Positions 50,486 through 60,054 are shown, numbered from the stretch's first letter. The stretch: 64,000 bases of DNA from Caldisericia bacterium (GCA_963674785.1 OY771555.1:96001-160000); one strand, 5' to 3'. The notes: generated by a model not told the origin, from the letters alone. Numbers and translations: made by a program.

Positions 50486-50968
50486 TTATATGATTGCACC
50501 CATCAAAATGATTGTAAGAAGAAGTCCAAGAACAGCATATGTCTCAACAAGTGCTGGCATGATGATTGCCTGACCAAAAGTTTGTTCCTGTTTTGCGACC
50601 ATATTAATTGCTGCTGCGGACGTTCTTCCCTGGTCAACTGCCGAGAAATAACAAACTATTCCCATTCCGATGAGCAAGAACATTAATCCAAGTGCCTGCC
50701 CGATTGATGGAATATTACCAGACATGATAGTCTGCGAACCAGCAAGGAAAGAGGCGATAAAGCCATAGAACCCCTGTGTTCCAGGAAGAACCGTGAGAAC
50801 AAAGAGTTTACCGAAAAGCTCAGGACGTTCTGACATTACACCAGTTGTTTGAACTGACGCAGTTCGGAGCCCTCGGGCTGAACCCATTCCACTCAAAAAT
50901 ACGTTGACAATCATTCCAAGAACAATCCATGTCACTGGGTTATTAAACATACCAAATTCTATACTCAT
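50486..50968 (-). CDS. ntpK: V/A-type ATP synthase subunit K (4-TM c-ring subunit, Na+-type motif)
   Basis: GMGSA.G, LPGTQG.YG, Q, single VETYA glutamate. Confidence 0.95.
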   Translation of the reverse strand: MSIEFGMFNNPVTWIVLGMIVNVFLSGMGSARGLRTASVQTTGVMSERPELFGKLFVLTVLPGTQGFYGFIASFLAGSQTIMSGNIPSIGQALGLMFLLIGMGIVCYFSAVDQGRTSAAAINMVAKQEQTFGQAIIMPALVETYAVLGLLLTIILMGAII

Positions 50969-50971
50969 TTG

Positions 50972-52972
50972 TTACCTCCTGGAGGGAGACTCCTCCATCA
51001 CATTGATTCTAGTATGATTTATTTCTGAATATGGTGTATATTTTTTCCCACCACTCTCATAGAAACGTGAGTAAAACTCAAGGAAAACCAATCTTGCAGG
51101 ATGCACAAAACTTCCAATTATGTTTAGGAAGAAATTGAAAAGGTGACCTACAAAAAGTATTAAGATCGCAAAGATGATACCAAAACCCTTCAACCCCATC
51201 ATCGCGGCGATTGAATTAAAAGCTTGTCCAACAATAGATGTCGTGAGTCCAAGAGCCAAAAGCCTTGAGTAACTCATAACATCTGATAAAAAACCGGTCG
51301 TACCGTATCCACCAAGTACACCATAAAGCGATATTACACCTACACCAATTCTTCCACCGACCGATTTTGCATCTCTTCCCTGTGAAAAAATAAGGAACAA
51401 CGCACCGACACCAATCAGAATATACATTGTCATCATGAATACGGATGATGATGCTCCAGGTGTCAGGAAATCGATTGCAAACATTGTTAGACCTGACAGG
51501 AAAACAATCCAACCAAGGGAATCGGTTACCGCATACAACCACTCACCATTCTTGATCTGCAGATATGCCTTATACAGAATCCCAAGAAACTGAGTTCCAA
51601 TTCCAATATAGAGTGTCAGAACAAAGAACGGTATTGTTTTGATTAGTGGATCAATTCCTATTTTCACAAGATCGTTTCTAAGACTAACAAGGGGTTCCCA
51701 TGTAATAATTGTTCCAACCATGTCTCCACCCCAGGCACCAGTTAGAGCACCAATGATGGTTACATATACACCACAGGTAATGAACGTTCCAAAAAACTTC
51801 TTTGCGCTTTCTTCATGTTTGTAGATTCTTCCAAACCAAAGTGAAAAGCCAATGAGCATGAGTCCATACAAAACATCACCAAAGCAGAATCCAAAAAAGA
51901 TTGGGAAGATTATTGAAATTATAAAAGTACTATCAATTCCTCTGTAACCCGGTAATCCATACATTGCAGAGAGCATTTCAAAGTTTTTTGAGTATCTATT
52001 ATTCGAAAGCTCTACAGGTGGATTATCCTCGTCAGTTATGTCTGTGATCTGAAGATGATATTTTTCAAGATTCTGTGAGATTTTGTTTTTGAAACCTTCA
52101 GCTTTTTGGGCAGGAAGATAGCCAACAAAAACTGAGGCATACATGGAATCCAACCCTAGATTTTTCACCCTCTCAGATTCTATATCGTTTTCGAGGTTAT
52201 CAATGTTTACAATCAGAGCTAATTTATGTTTGTGAAAATCTTTTTTTAGGAGCTTAAGAATCTCTTTTTGCTCTGATTTGAGCCTTTCAATTTCAGCATC
52301 TATTTTCTCGACTTGTTCTTTTGGCGTGAGCTCCGAACTTGGAATCGGAAGAGATTCAAAACCATATTTTGAAAGTTCGAGTTTGACATCATCGCACTTC
52401 TCATGCTTACATGAAATTAGGACAACCCCTGAACTATAAACGGTTACTGCAACCTCATCCTCTGAATTGAGTTCTGAGATCTTTCCCAGATTTCTTCTCG
52501 GTATTTGACCAAGAATAAATGCAATGTGTTCCGTGTTTTCAATTCTTGTTGGGACAGGAAGGAATTTGTATCTTGAAATCAGATGTTTTTCATTCGAAAT
52601 CTTTGAAATTGAATCTTTAAGTTTGTTATACTTTTGAGAATACTCATTCACAGATGAAATAAATTCATGGAAATCAATACTATTTTTTAGTTCAACATAT
52701 TTTTCAGGTGTAAGTCTTGGTCTTGGCCAGGAAAAATTAGATATAAATGGTAGCTTTTCTGGAAAAAAACTATCGAGATTTTCAAGAGCTTTTTTTGCTC
52801 TGTCAAGTCTCAGAGAAAACTCATTTTCACTAGAATCAGTGAGTTTTCCTTCTTTTCCAGTCTCAACTTTTCTAAAGTGCAAAAGGTTTTGTTTTTTGAC
52901 AAGGTCTAAAGCTTCCCTTGCAGACCTCGAAGGAACTGCAAGCGTCACCTTCTTCATAGCAACTATTGCCAT
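50972..52972 (-). CDS. ntpI: V/A-type ATP synthase subunit I (a)
   Basis: MAIV.MKK, FFG..FGD..YG, SDVMSYSRLLALGL, VH..RL.F.EF. Confidence 0.96.
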   Translation of the reverse strand: MAIVAMKKVTLAVPSRSAREALDLVKKQNLLHFRKVETGKEGKLTDSSENEFSLRLDRAKKALENLDSFFPEKLPFISNFSWPRPRLTPEKYVELKNSIDFHEFISSVNEYSQKYNKLKDSISKISNEKHLISRYKFLPVPTRIENTEHIAFILGQIPRRNLGKISELNSEDEVAVTVYSSGVVLISCKHEKCDDVKLELSKYGFESLPIPSSELTPKEQVEKIDAEIERLKSEQKEILKLLKKDFHKHKLALIVNIDNLENDIESERVKNLGLDSMYASVFVGYLPAQKAEGFKNKISQNLEKYHLQITDITDEDNPPVELSNNRYSKNFEMLSAMYGLPGYRGIDSTFIISIIFPIFFGFCFGDVLYGLMLIGFSLWFGRIYKHEESAKKFFGTFITCGVYVTIIGALTGAWGGDMVGTIITWEPLVSLRNDLVKIGIDPLIKTIPFFVLTLYIGIGTQFLGILYKAYLQIKNGEWLYAVTDSLGWIVFLSGLTMFAIDFLTPGASSSVFMMTMYILIGVGALFLIFSQGRDAKSVGGRIGVGVISLYGVLGGYGTTGFLSDVMSYSRLLALGLTTSIVGQAFNSIAAMMGLKGFGIIFAILILFVGHLFNFFLNIIGSFVHPARLVFLEFYSRFYESGGKKYTPYSEINHTRINVMEESPSRR

Positions 52973-53292
52973 TTATCTTTTACCTTTGAGACAACCTTTC
53001 TTGCACAAACATCAATGTTTGTTTCTATTTTTGCTTTTTTTGTTTCGAATCTTTCGGAAAGCACACCTTCGGCTGACTCGATCTCCTTGAGGCTAGCATC
53101 AGAAAGTCTCCTAAAAGCAATTAGCTCGGACTGTCTAGCTTCTTTGATGCTGTCATCAAGTCTGGATTTTGCATTACGGACTGCATCATCAACCATCTCT
53201 GATGCGTCACTTTTGGCAGTTTTTATGATCTGTGAAGCAAACTCTTCAGCTTCTTTTATTTGATTTATTATTTCCTCATCCATGATGACCAC
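52963..53292 (-). CDS. V/A-type ATP synthase subunit G/H (peripheral stalk)
   Basis: EIINQIKEAEE.A..II..A coiled coil; first gene of operon. Confidence 0.75.
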   Translation of the reverse strand: MVIMDEEIINQIKEAEEFASQIIKTAKSDASEMVDDAVRNAKSRLDDSIKEARQSELIAFRRLSDASLKEIESAEGVLSERFETKKAKIETNIDVCARKVVSKVKDKWQ

Positions 53293-53370
53293 ATCCTAAC
53301 TCTTAAGCTAAAATCAGCAACTAAGCGTACATGTTGCTATGACACATAAATCTGGAAATAGTTTTTCATT

Positions 53371-53718
53371 CTATTCCACCAAATCAATCGGGATCATCTC
53401 TATTTGTTCACTGTCGATTGCGACAAGAAAAAACTTTTGCTCGTAATCCTCAAAACTCTTGTTTTCAGAAATAAAAACCTGACTCGCAGAAAATAATCTC
53501 TTTATTCTCGTTTCTGAAAGGCTCTCTTTTGCCACACCGAATCGATTCGATGTTCTCATTTTAACCTCAACAAAAGCAATTTCAGAAGCATTTTTTGCGA
53601 TAAGGTCTATCTCACCTTCTCTTACTTTATAGTTTTTAACAACAATACTAAATCCTAGCTTGGTAAGATGTTCACTGGCTCTTTTTTCGCCAATCTTACC
53701 AACAATCTGGTTTCTCAC
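53371..53718 (-). CDS. yraN: YraN (UPF0102) PD-(D/E)xK nuclease-like protein
   Basis: G..GE..A..L...G, GEIDLIA, FVEVK.R. Confidence 0.9.
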   Translation of the reverse strand: MRNQIVGKIGEKRASEHLTKLGFSIVVKNYKVREGEIDLIAKNASEIAFVEVKMRTSNRFGVAKESLSETRIKRLFSASQVFISENKSFEDYEQKFFLVAIDSEQIEMIPIDLVE

Positions 53719-54449
53719 TGGTTTTTTAGTAGGTCAATAATTTGGTTTTTTAGCTCTCCAGGGATTGTCTCTTTTTCGGAATCCCTTGAGATGATAAACT
53801 CAGAAAGATCGTTTGAGTGCAAGACTTTGATTGGAGAGTCAGTGATTCTAAGTGTTGTGTTTGGATGTGTGAAAACAACAACAGGTTCAATCCAGAGTCC
53901 ATCGGTGTTTTCTGCTACTGATTCATCAATCACTTCCTTCAACTCCCAAGTTGAACGTTTGATTTGTCTTGCTGGATTTCCTATATGCCCTCTATAAAAT
54001 CCACCTGCACGACCCCTTTTCAAATAGCTCCATTCTTCTCCCTGCCCATATATCTCACCGTTATAGTGTTTGCTTTCGATTGCAAATATTGCGGATTTCC
54101 CAACAACAATGTGATCAATATCACAATTTCTGCCTTTCAGCGAAATATTATTTAAAAGGGTGAAGTCATCGGAAATTTTCTCCAATGTCTTTGGAACGAC
54201 CTTTTGACCAGCAAGACCAGCTCTCCAGATTGCAATCTCTCCAGCTCTATTCATCAACACTATTCCACCAAAAAGAAAGAGTATAGTTCCGAGAATTATT
54301 AACATCCATGGCTGAAAAACACCGTCTGACGAGATTCCATAAGCAACAGCCACGAGTCCAAGTAAGATTAAAACAAAACCGCCAATAACTCCAAAAGTTT
54401 CTTTGACTATTTTTCTTTTTACAAAATCTCTTTTATTAATGACTAACAT
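53715..54449 (-). CDS. NERD domain protein with two N-terminal TMs
   Basis: DIDHIVVG..AIFAIESKHY.G, NPARQ. Confidence 0.88.
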   Translation of the reverse strand: MLVINKRDFVKRKIVKETFGVIGGFVLILLGLVAVAYGISSDGVFQPWMLIILGTILFLFGGIVLMNRAGEIAIWRAGLAGQKVVPKTLEKISDDFTLLNNISLKGRNCDIDHIVVGKSAIFAIESKHYNGEIYGQGEEWSYLKRGRAGGFYRGHIGNPARQIKRSTWELKEVIDESVAENTDGLWIEPVVVFTHPNTTLRITDSPIKVLHSNDLSEFIISRDSEKETIPGELKNQIIDLLKNQ

Positions 54450-55003
54450 ATCCTGAAGCTCCTTCTATGTATCCTTGAAAGCGCATTTTCCTTTATCGCC
54501 CTAAAATGCTCTGCGGTTCCATACCCTTTATTTTTTTCAAACCCATACTCTCGATAGATTTTTGAATACGTATACATGATATAGTCTCTTACGACTTTAG
54601 CAACAATTGAGGCTGCGGCAATTGCCTGAAATATTGAATCCCCTTTGACAACAGACTCAACACAAGATGGCATATCATTGGGGATATGTGGTCCATCAAT
54701 TAGAATCTTACCATCGGGATGATCAGAAAAAATGTCGAGAGCAACTCTCTTCATTCCACCCATAACAGCTCTAGAAATTCCATTTTCATCGATAAAATCA
54801 TTCGAAATAACGGTTAGACTTACTAAAGAACTTTCTAGAATAATATTTGCCAAAAGAGTTCTCTTTTTTTCAGATAATTTCTTTGAATCGTTAACATCTT
54901 CAATTGATTCGAACAATTTGCAACCACAAATAACAAGGGGGCCTGCAATAGGCCCCCTTCCTGCTTCGTCAATTCCAATGTGATTTTTATCAAATATTAA
55001 AAT
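54443..55003 (-). CDS. rnhB: Ribonuclease HII (probable non-canonical ATT start)
   Basis: Upstream in-frame GIDEAGRGPIAGP, DSKKLS, LIDG, KGD...IAAASIVAKV.RD, NKGYGT..H. Confidence 0.92.
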   Translation of the reverse strand: MLIFDKNHIGIDEAGRGPIAGPLVICGCKLFESIEDVNDSKKLSEKKRTLLANIILESSLVSLTVISNDFIDENGISRAVMGGMKRVALDIFSDHPDGKILIDGPHIPNDMPSCVESVVKGDSIFQAIAAASIVAKVVRDYIMYTYSKIYREYGFEKNKGYGTAEHFRAIKENALSRIHRRSFRIC

Positions 55004-55010
55004 GCAGTTC

Positions 55011-55595
55011 CTACCTGATTATATGAAATCTATTGAGAGGCCAGAAAATAACAAATGCCTCACCAACAATACTCTTTTTTTCAATTGGCCCAAACGATCT
55101 GGAGTCTTTTGAAGAATCTCTATTGTCTCCAAGAACAAAATACTCGTTATCACCAAGCAACTCTCCACGCTTATGGCCTTCAGATTCTGGAGGGAGGACT
55201 TCTTGGCTATAATCGGTATCTGGAAACTTGTTCTCTTCAATAAACGGAACACCGTTTAAATAAACAGTTTTTGTATCTTGATCGTAGTCAATCCACTCGC
55301 CCGGAAGACCAATAACACGTTTGATATACTCTTCGCCATTATTCACACTTTTTGGTGGGTGAAAAACAACAATATCGCCACGTTTGGGTCCCGCCGAGAT
55401 AAAAGCAAGCTTATTCACAAGAATCAGATCATCGTTGAGAATAGTCGGAGTCATTGAACCCATCTGCACCCTAAAAGGTTGAACCAAAAAAGTTCTGACA
55501 CCAAAGGCAAGCAGCAGCGCAAGGACTACAACCGCGATCCACTCAAGAATCTCTCTTCTTTTCGACTTTGTTTTAGGAGAAGCTAATTCGGACAC
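55011..55595 (-). CDS. lepB: Signal peptidase I (copy 1, downstream of rplS)
   Basis: GSMTPT, YIKRVIGLPGE, GDNRDSSKDSRSFG. Confidence 0.95.
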   Translation of the reverse strand: MSELASPKTKSKRREILEWIAVVVLALLLAFGVRTFLVQPFRVQMGSMTPTILNDDLILVNKLAFISAGPKRGDIVVFHPPKSVNNGEEYIKRVIGLPGEWIDYDQDTKTVYLNGVPFIEENKFPDTDYSQEVLPPESEGHKRGELLGDNEYFVLGDNRDSSKDSRSFGPIEKKSIVGEAFVIFWPLNRFHIIR

Positions 55596-55598
55596 TTT

Positions 55599-55982
55599 TT
55601 AGTTCTCTTCCGATTTTTTAGCTTTTGTTTCCTTTCTAACAATCCTGTCTTTAAGACGCTGTTTCTTACCAATCCTGTCTCTAAGGTAGTAAAGTTTTGC
55701 CCTTCTGATTTTACCGTGTCTGACAACTTCAATTTTGTCAACAAGCGGGGAATGTAGTGGATAAACTTTTTCTACTCCAAGGTTCTTTACAACTTTTCTT
55801 ACAGTAAAAGTTTCAGCTACTCCGCCATTTTTTCTTGCAATCACGGTTCCTTCAAATATCTGAATCCTTGTTTTTGATCCTTCAGTAATTTTCTGATAGA
55901 CCTTTACTGTATCACCGATCTCAAAACAATTCGGATCCTTCTTGAGCTGATCCTTCACCACATCTCTAAGTAATGACTGCAT
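55599..55982 (-). CDS. rplS: 50S ribosomal protein L19
   Basis: GDTVKV, RIQIFEG.VI, TFTVRK, GKIRRAKLYYLR. Confidence 0.98.
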   Translation of the reverse strand: MQSLLRDVVKDQLKKDPNCFEIGDTVKVYQKITEGSKTRIQIFEGTVIARKNGGVAETFTVRKVVKNLGVEKVYPLHSPLVDKIEVVRHGKIRRAKLYYLRDRIGKKQRLKDRIVRKETKAKKSEEN

Positions 55983-56000
55983 TTTATTCCTTCCTAATCT

Positions 56001-56082
56001 CCCTGGCAAAGGACACACCTAACCCAGGGCATACTTCTCATAACAGAATATCGAATATATGGTAGTGTAGGACAATATTCAA
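56001..56082 (-). promoter_or_regulatory. Internal rplS promoter (TTGAAT-17-TATATT) and leader hairpin
   Basis: -35 at 56077-56082, -10 at 56054-56059, CCCTGG/CCAGGG stem at 56001-56029. Confidence 0.45.
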
Positions 56083-56092
56083 GTATTTTGTT

Positions 56093-56644
56093 TTAAGGAA
56101 TAAACTGAAAATGCCCAGGTGGCAGAAAAATTAAAAACGCTTTTCCAAGAATCTTTGACTTTTTGACAGGTCCAAAGGCTCTCGAATCAAGTGAGTGTGA
56201 ACGATTATCACCAATAACGTAGTACTCATCTTCACCAATCAACTCACCAGATGCAGAATCACTGTTTTCGAGATTTGTTATTTCTCCAGTTGGGTCAGAT
56301 AAAACATGGTCGCTGGTTTCAGAAATTCTTTCACCATCAATCCATATCTCTCCAGCTTTATATTCAATTCTTTCCCCGGGAAGCCCAACAACTCTTTTGA
56401 TATAGTCATCTTTCCCAGTATATGGTGGTTCAAAAATAACAATATCCCCTCTTTTTGGTCCATCAAAAATATACGCCATTCTATTTACAAGGATATAATC
56501 ACCATCATTTAGTGTGGGATACATTGAACTCATTCTCACCTGTCTGGGCTCAATTGCATAAACCCTGACAACCATCGCAAGACCAATAATCACAGTAAGA
56601 ACAACTACCCACTCGAGAATTTTCCTCATCTGTTTACTTTTCAT
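56093..56644 (-). CDS. lepB: Signal peptidase I (copy 2)
   Basis: SSMYPT, YIKRVVGLPGE, GDNRSHSLDSRAFG. Confidence 0.95.
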   Translation of the reverse strand: MKSKQMRKILEWVVVLTVIIGLAMVVRVYAIEPRQVRMSSMYPTLNDGDYILVNRMAYIFDGPKRGDIVIFEPPYTGKDDYIKRVVGLPGERIEYKAGEIWIDGERISETSDHVLSDPTGEITNLENSDSASGELIGEDEYYVIGDNRSHSLDSRAFGPVKKSKILGKAFLIFLPPGHFQFIP

Positions 56645-56657
56645 TTCACACTAACTT

Positions 56658-57206
56658 TTACTTTATGAGACCAACATGGTCAAGAGGCCAAAAGACGAAA
56701 AAGGCTTTCCCAACAATCTGATTTCTTTTTATCGGGCCAAAACTTCTTGAATCCATGGACACATTTCTATGGTCCCCAACAACATAATACTCATCTGAAT
56801 TAAGCTTTATCCCTTTTTCAAGAATCTCGGAAGCAGAATTAAAATCTTGCTTATAGTCTGTTTTTTGTTTATCACTATTTTCAACAAAAAGTTTTCCATT
56901 GATATAAATCTCATCGCCTGAGACAGAAATGTATTCACCCGGAAGACCGATAACCCTTTTTATTAAATCATCTCCAAAACCTTTATTTGGATGGAAAACT
57001 ATCACATCTCCACGTTTTGGTTTAGATGTATAATAACACATCTTGTTTATGAAGACTCTGTCATGATCTTCGATCGTTGGATACATAGAAGATTGTCTCA
57101 CACCCCTTGGTTCAAATGCATAAATCCTTGTCACCAAAGTAAGGGATGATGCAAAAACTATTGCCAAAACCCAACTTATAATCTCTTTTCTTAAACTACT
57201 TTTCAT
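56658..57206 (-). CDS. lepB: Signal peptidase I (copy 3)
   Basis: SSMYPT, LIKRVIGLPGE, GDHRNVSMDSRSFG. Confidence 0.95.
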   Translation of the reverse strand: MKSSLRKEIISWVLAIVFASSLTLVTRIYAFEPRGVRQSSMYPTIEDHDRVFINKMCYYTSKPKRGDVIVFHPNKGFGDDLIKRVIGLPGEYISVSGDEIYINGKLFVENSDKQKTDYKQDFNSASEILEKGIKLNSDEYYVVGDHRNVSMDSRSFGPIKRNQIVGKAFFVFWPLDHVGLIK

Positions 57207-57223
57207 AAAAACCCCTCCAACAA

Positions 57224-57757
57224 TCAAAAAATACTCAGGTGATCAAGTGGCCACATAACTATCAAAACCTGACCCTTGATAAGTTCTTTCTCAATCGGCC
57301 CAAATGCTCTTGAGTCTCTGGAGACATCTCTGTTGTCCCCTAATACATAATACTCGTCATCCCCCAGAATAATTCCATCGTCCGAGTTGCTTATTTGCAT
57401 TCGGTTCGAGGCTTCAAAATTATGTCTAATGTTATCTTTGTCAAAAATCTTGCCATTTACAACAAGTTTACTTCCATTGTCTTCAATCACATCACCAGGT
57501 AAACCTACGACTCTTTTAACAAGGTCTTCTTCTTTATCAGGTGACCTGAAAACGATAATGTCCCCTCGATGGGGTTTTCCAAACGAATATGCAAGTTTTG
57601 AAACAAGGATAATATCCCCGTCCATAAGAGTTGGAAGCATTGATCTCTGTCTAACCTGTCTTGGTTCTAGAACGGATACTCTCAGGAAATAAAAAACTGT
57701 CAATACCAGAAGTATCGACACAGCCATTTTTATAGAATTTGCAAAAACTTTATTCAT
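57224..57757 (-). CDS. lepB: Signal peptidase I (copy 4)
   Basis: RSMLPT, LVKRVVGLPGD, GDNRDVSRDSRAFG. Confidence 0.95.
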   Translation of the reverse strand: MNKVFANSIKMAVSILLVLTVFYFLRVSVLEPRQVRQRSMLPTLMDGDIILVSKLAYSFGKPHRGDIIVFRSPDKEEDLVKRVVGLPGDVIEDNGSKLVVNGKIFDKDNIRHNFEASNRMQISNSDDGIILGDDEYYVLGDNRDVSRDSRAFGPIEKELIKGQVLIVMWPLDHLSIF

Positions 57758-58301
57758 CTCTAAGACCATACAACCTATCAAGAATAATTGCTCCAGCAGC
57801 TCGAACCGAAAGATGATTAAACTCGGTTGGTCCGCAGATAGGATTCAGAATATAATCACATCTTTTCATCGTCTCATCCGTCAAACCCCAACCTGTTCCA
57901 AGAATTATCATTATGTTTTCTAGTTCCAATTTTCTGAAATCACCAAAGCTTATTGAATTTTCATTTCTCTTTGCACTGGTGCCAATGATACGAGGTTTCG
58001 CACCTGCGATCTTTGTAAAGTCTTCAATCGCCAAATCGAAATTGGGAGTTATTCTGCAAAGCTCAAGTGCATGTGATCTGTGTGGATTCCACGTCCTTCC
58101 ACCACCAACATTCCAGAAACCAAGGATTCTCTCAACGATTCCTCTCTGAAGTGGAGCAGGATGAGTGATGTAAAACCTATCAATTCCAAATGTTCTACTT
58201 GACCTTGCAAGGTCGTGAATATCAAATGGAGTCACAGATGAAGCTTGAATTTCATTTTTCCTGTCAAGTACCGGATGATGTATGAGGACGAGTGATTTCA
58301 A
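57750..58301 (-). CDS. SPOUT-family RNA methyltransferase (TM1570-like, trmD-associated)
   Basis: LIHHPV, DIHDLARSSRTFG, GTGWGL, FNHLSVRAA. Confidence 0.92.
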   Translation of the reverse strand: MKSLVLIHHPVLDRKNEIQASSVTPFDIHDLARSSRTFGIDRFYITHPAPLQRGIVERILGFWNVGGGRTWNPHRSHALELCRITPNFDLAIEDFTKIAGAKPRIIGTSAKRNENSISFGDFRKLELENIMIILGTGWGLTDETMKRCDYILNPICGPTEFNHLSVRAAGAIILDRLYGLRDE

Positions 58302-59044
58302 AGTTTTTCCTCCAGCTCTTTTATCTCAGATATGATTTTTAGGAGAATTTTTTTGTCAGTATTACAAAGATCAGCATTTAAAAGGAGGTCGGGTCTCATC
58401 ATAAGTGTTCTTCTGAGTGCCTGTTCAGTTCTCCACTGCGAGATCTTTTTGTGATTACCAGATCTGAGGATTTTTGGAACCTCTGATTCCAAAAGTTCTG
58501 CAGGTCTAGTGTATTGAGGATATTCGAGAAGATTGTCATCAAAAGATTCAACATCAAGTGAATCGTGTTTGCCAAGAATGCCTGGAATCAATCTTGTGAC
58601 GGCATCAGCCATCGCAAGTGCTGCAAACTCGCCACCTGTCATTATAAAATCACCGAGTGATAACCAATCTGTGCAATAGGAGGAGACTCTTTCATCAATT
58701 CCTTCGTAGTGCCCACATATAAAAGTAATGGCGGGAGCGTTTGAAAGGTCTTTTGCAATTTTCTGGTTGAAGGTTTTCCCAGCAGGCGAGGTCAAGACAA
58801 TCCTGGAATCCTCTGGTAAATCAAGTGAGTTAAGTAACCTGAAAATAGGTTCAGGTTTCATAAGCATTCCGGCACCACCACCATACGGTGTATCATCAGT
58901 TGTATTGTGCCGATCTCCCGAAAAATCCCTGATGTTTATTGCCTGAAATTCAAGGAGGCCAGCCTCTACTGCCCTCCCCATTATTGAAACTCCACAAGAG
59001 TTTTCAAAAAACGACGGGAAGGTCGTTGCAAAGACCAGCCTCAA
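58298..59044 (-). CDS. trmD: tRNA (guanine37-N1)-methyltransferase
   Basis: DDTPYGGGAGM, CGHYEGIDER, SLGDF..TGGE, LEYPQYTRP. Confidence 0.97.
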   Translation of the reverse strand: MRLVFATTFPSFFENSCGVSIMGRAVEAGLLEFQAINIRDFSGDRHNTTDDTPYGGGAGMLMKPEPIFRLLNSLDLPEDSRIVLTSPAGKTFNQKIAKDLSNAPAITFICGHYEGIDERVSSYCTDWLSLGDFIMTGGEFAALAMADAVTRLIPGILGKHDSLDVESFDDNLLEYPQYTRPAELLESEVPKILRSGNHKKISQWRTEQALRRTLMMRPDLLLNADLCNTDKKILLKIISEIKELEEKL

Positions 59045-59053
59045 AATTAATTC

Positions 59054-59458
59054 CTAACCTTCGGTTATTGATTGAACAATTCCATCTTTCACAACAATCT
59101 CTGCTGCGCCAAGCTTTGAATCAAGATTATCTCCTACTTTGATTTCGGTTGTTCCCTCAAGTAATCCCTGATTGAACAAATCTCCGTCCTTCATTTTGGA
59201 AACCTGATTCACTCTTGACTCGAGCTCCTTGATCGTTGCTTCTCTGGAGCTTTTTTCTCTTTCAAGCTGTTCTTTGACCTGCATAATCTGGTTATAATCC
59301 ATACTACCAGTTTTAAGCATGAGCTGTTGCTCTGATGATTTCAGCTTATCAAGTTCAACCTTGATCTCTGAGATCATACTCTGAACTTGTCCTGAGAACT
59401 GTTTTCTGAATTCTTCCGTAACCACCGATTTGAGGGTTACTTTTCTGTTAATCAACAC
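59054..59458 (-). CDS. ylqD: YlqD family protein
   Basis: I.R.V..K.VVT, coiled coil, VGD, EIVVKDG.V. Confidence 0.88.
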   Translation of the reverse strand: MLINRKVTLKSVVTEEFRKQFSGQVQSMISEIKVELDKLKSSEQQLMLKTGSMDYNQIMQVKEQLEREKSSREATIKELESRVNQVSKMKDGDLFNQGLLEGTTEIKVGDNLDSKLGAAEIVVKDGIVQSITEG

Positions 59459-59701
59459 TTATTCAGAGGCCTCAATAACGTTTACTTCAGCTTTTTTACC
59501 ATGTTTGTTGGAGACGGCACGGATGAGAACACGGAGAGCGTTAATTGTGCGACCCTGTTTACCAATGACTTTTCCGAGATCAGCCTGGTCAACTTTGATT
59601 TCATATGTGAGGTGCTGTTCGCCAACGAGTTCGTTAATGTCTACCATGTCTGGGTTATCAACAAGCTGCTTTACGATGTAATTGAGTGTGTCTTTAAACA
59701 T
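59459..59701 (-). CDS. khpA: KH-domain RNA-binding protein KhpA
   Basis: LVDNPD, DLGKVIGKQGRT..ALR. Confidence 0.95.
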   Translation of the reverse strand: MFKDTLNYIVKQLVDNPDMVDINELVGEQHLTYEIKVDQADLGKVIGKQGRTINALRVLIRAVSNKHGKKAEVNVIEASE

Positions 59702-59705
59702 AATG

Positions 59706-60011
59706 TTAATCCTCCTGGTTAGTGGCAGAATCTGCCTGCTTTGTGTTTGTCTTCTGTTCCTGATACTTTGCCCATGTCCCCGTCTGCTTCAGCATTGCTA
59801 GTGCTGAATCGGTGTATTCAACTCCGACTCCGAGCCAGTAGAGAACTCTGTCCTCATTATAGTTGGATACTTTGTTATCATGAATGAAATCGATGTGTCC
59901 AAGCAGTTCGATATAATCACTGCTTGTTGCCTGTTTTCTGTCCATAACAACAAGACGGAAGCTGGGTTCGTGCTTCTTACCTACGCGTACAAGTTTGAGT
60001 TTCGCGGCCAA
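59706..60011 (-). CDS. rpsP: 30S ribosomal protein S16
   Basis: LKL.RVGKK..P.FRLVVMD, IELLG, YWL.VG; TTG start at 60011. Confidence 0.93.
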   Translation of the reverse strand: MAAKLKLVRVGKKHEPSFRLVVMDRKQATSSDYIELLGHIDFIHDNKVSNYNEDRVLYWLGVGVEYTDSALAMLKQTGTWAKYQEQKTNTKQADSATNQED

Positions 60012-60054
60012 TTTGGTCTGGTCCCCCTTCTTTTGATTATGTTGCAATCGTGGA

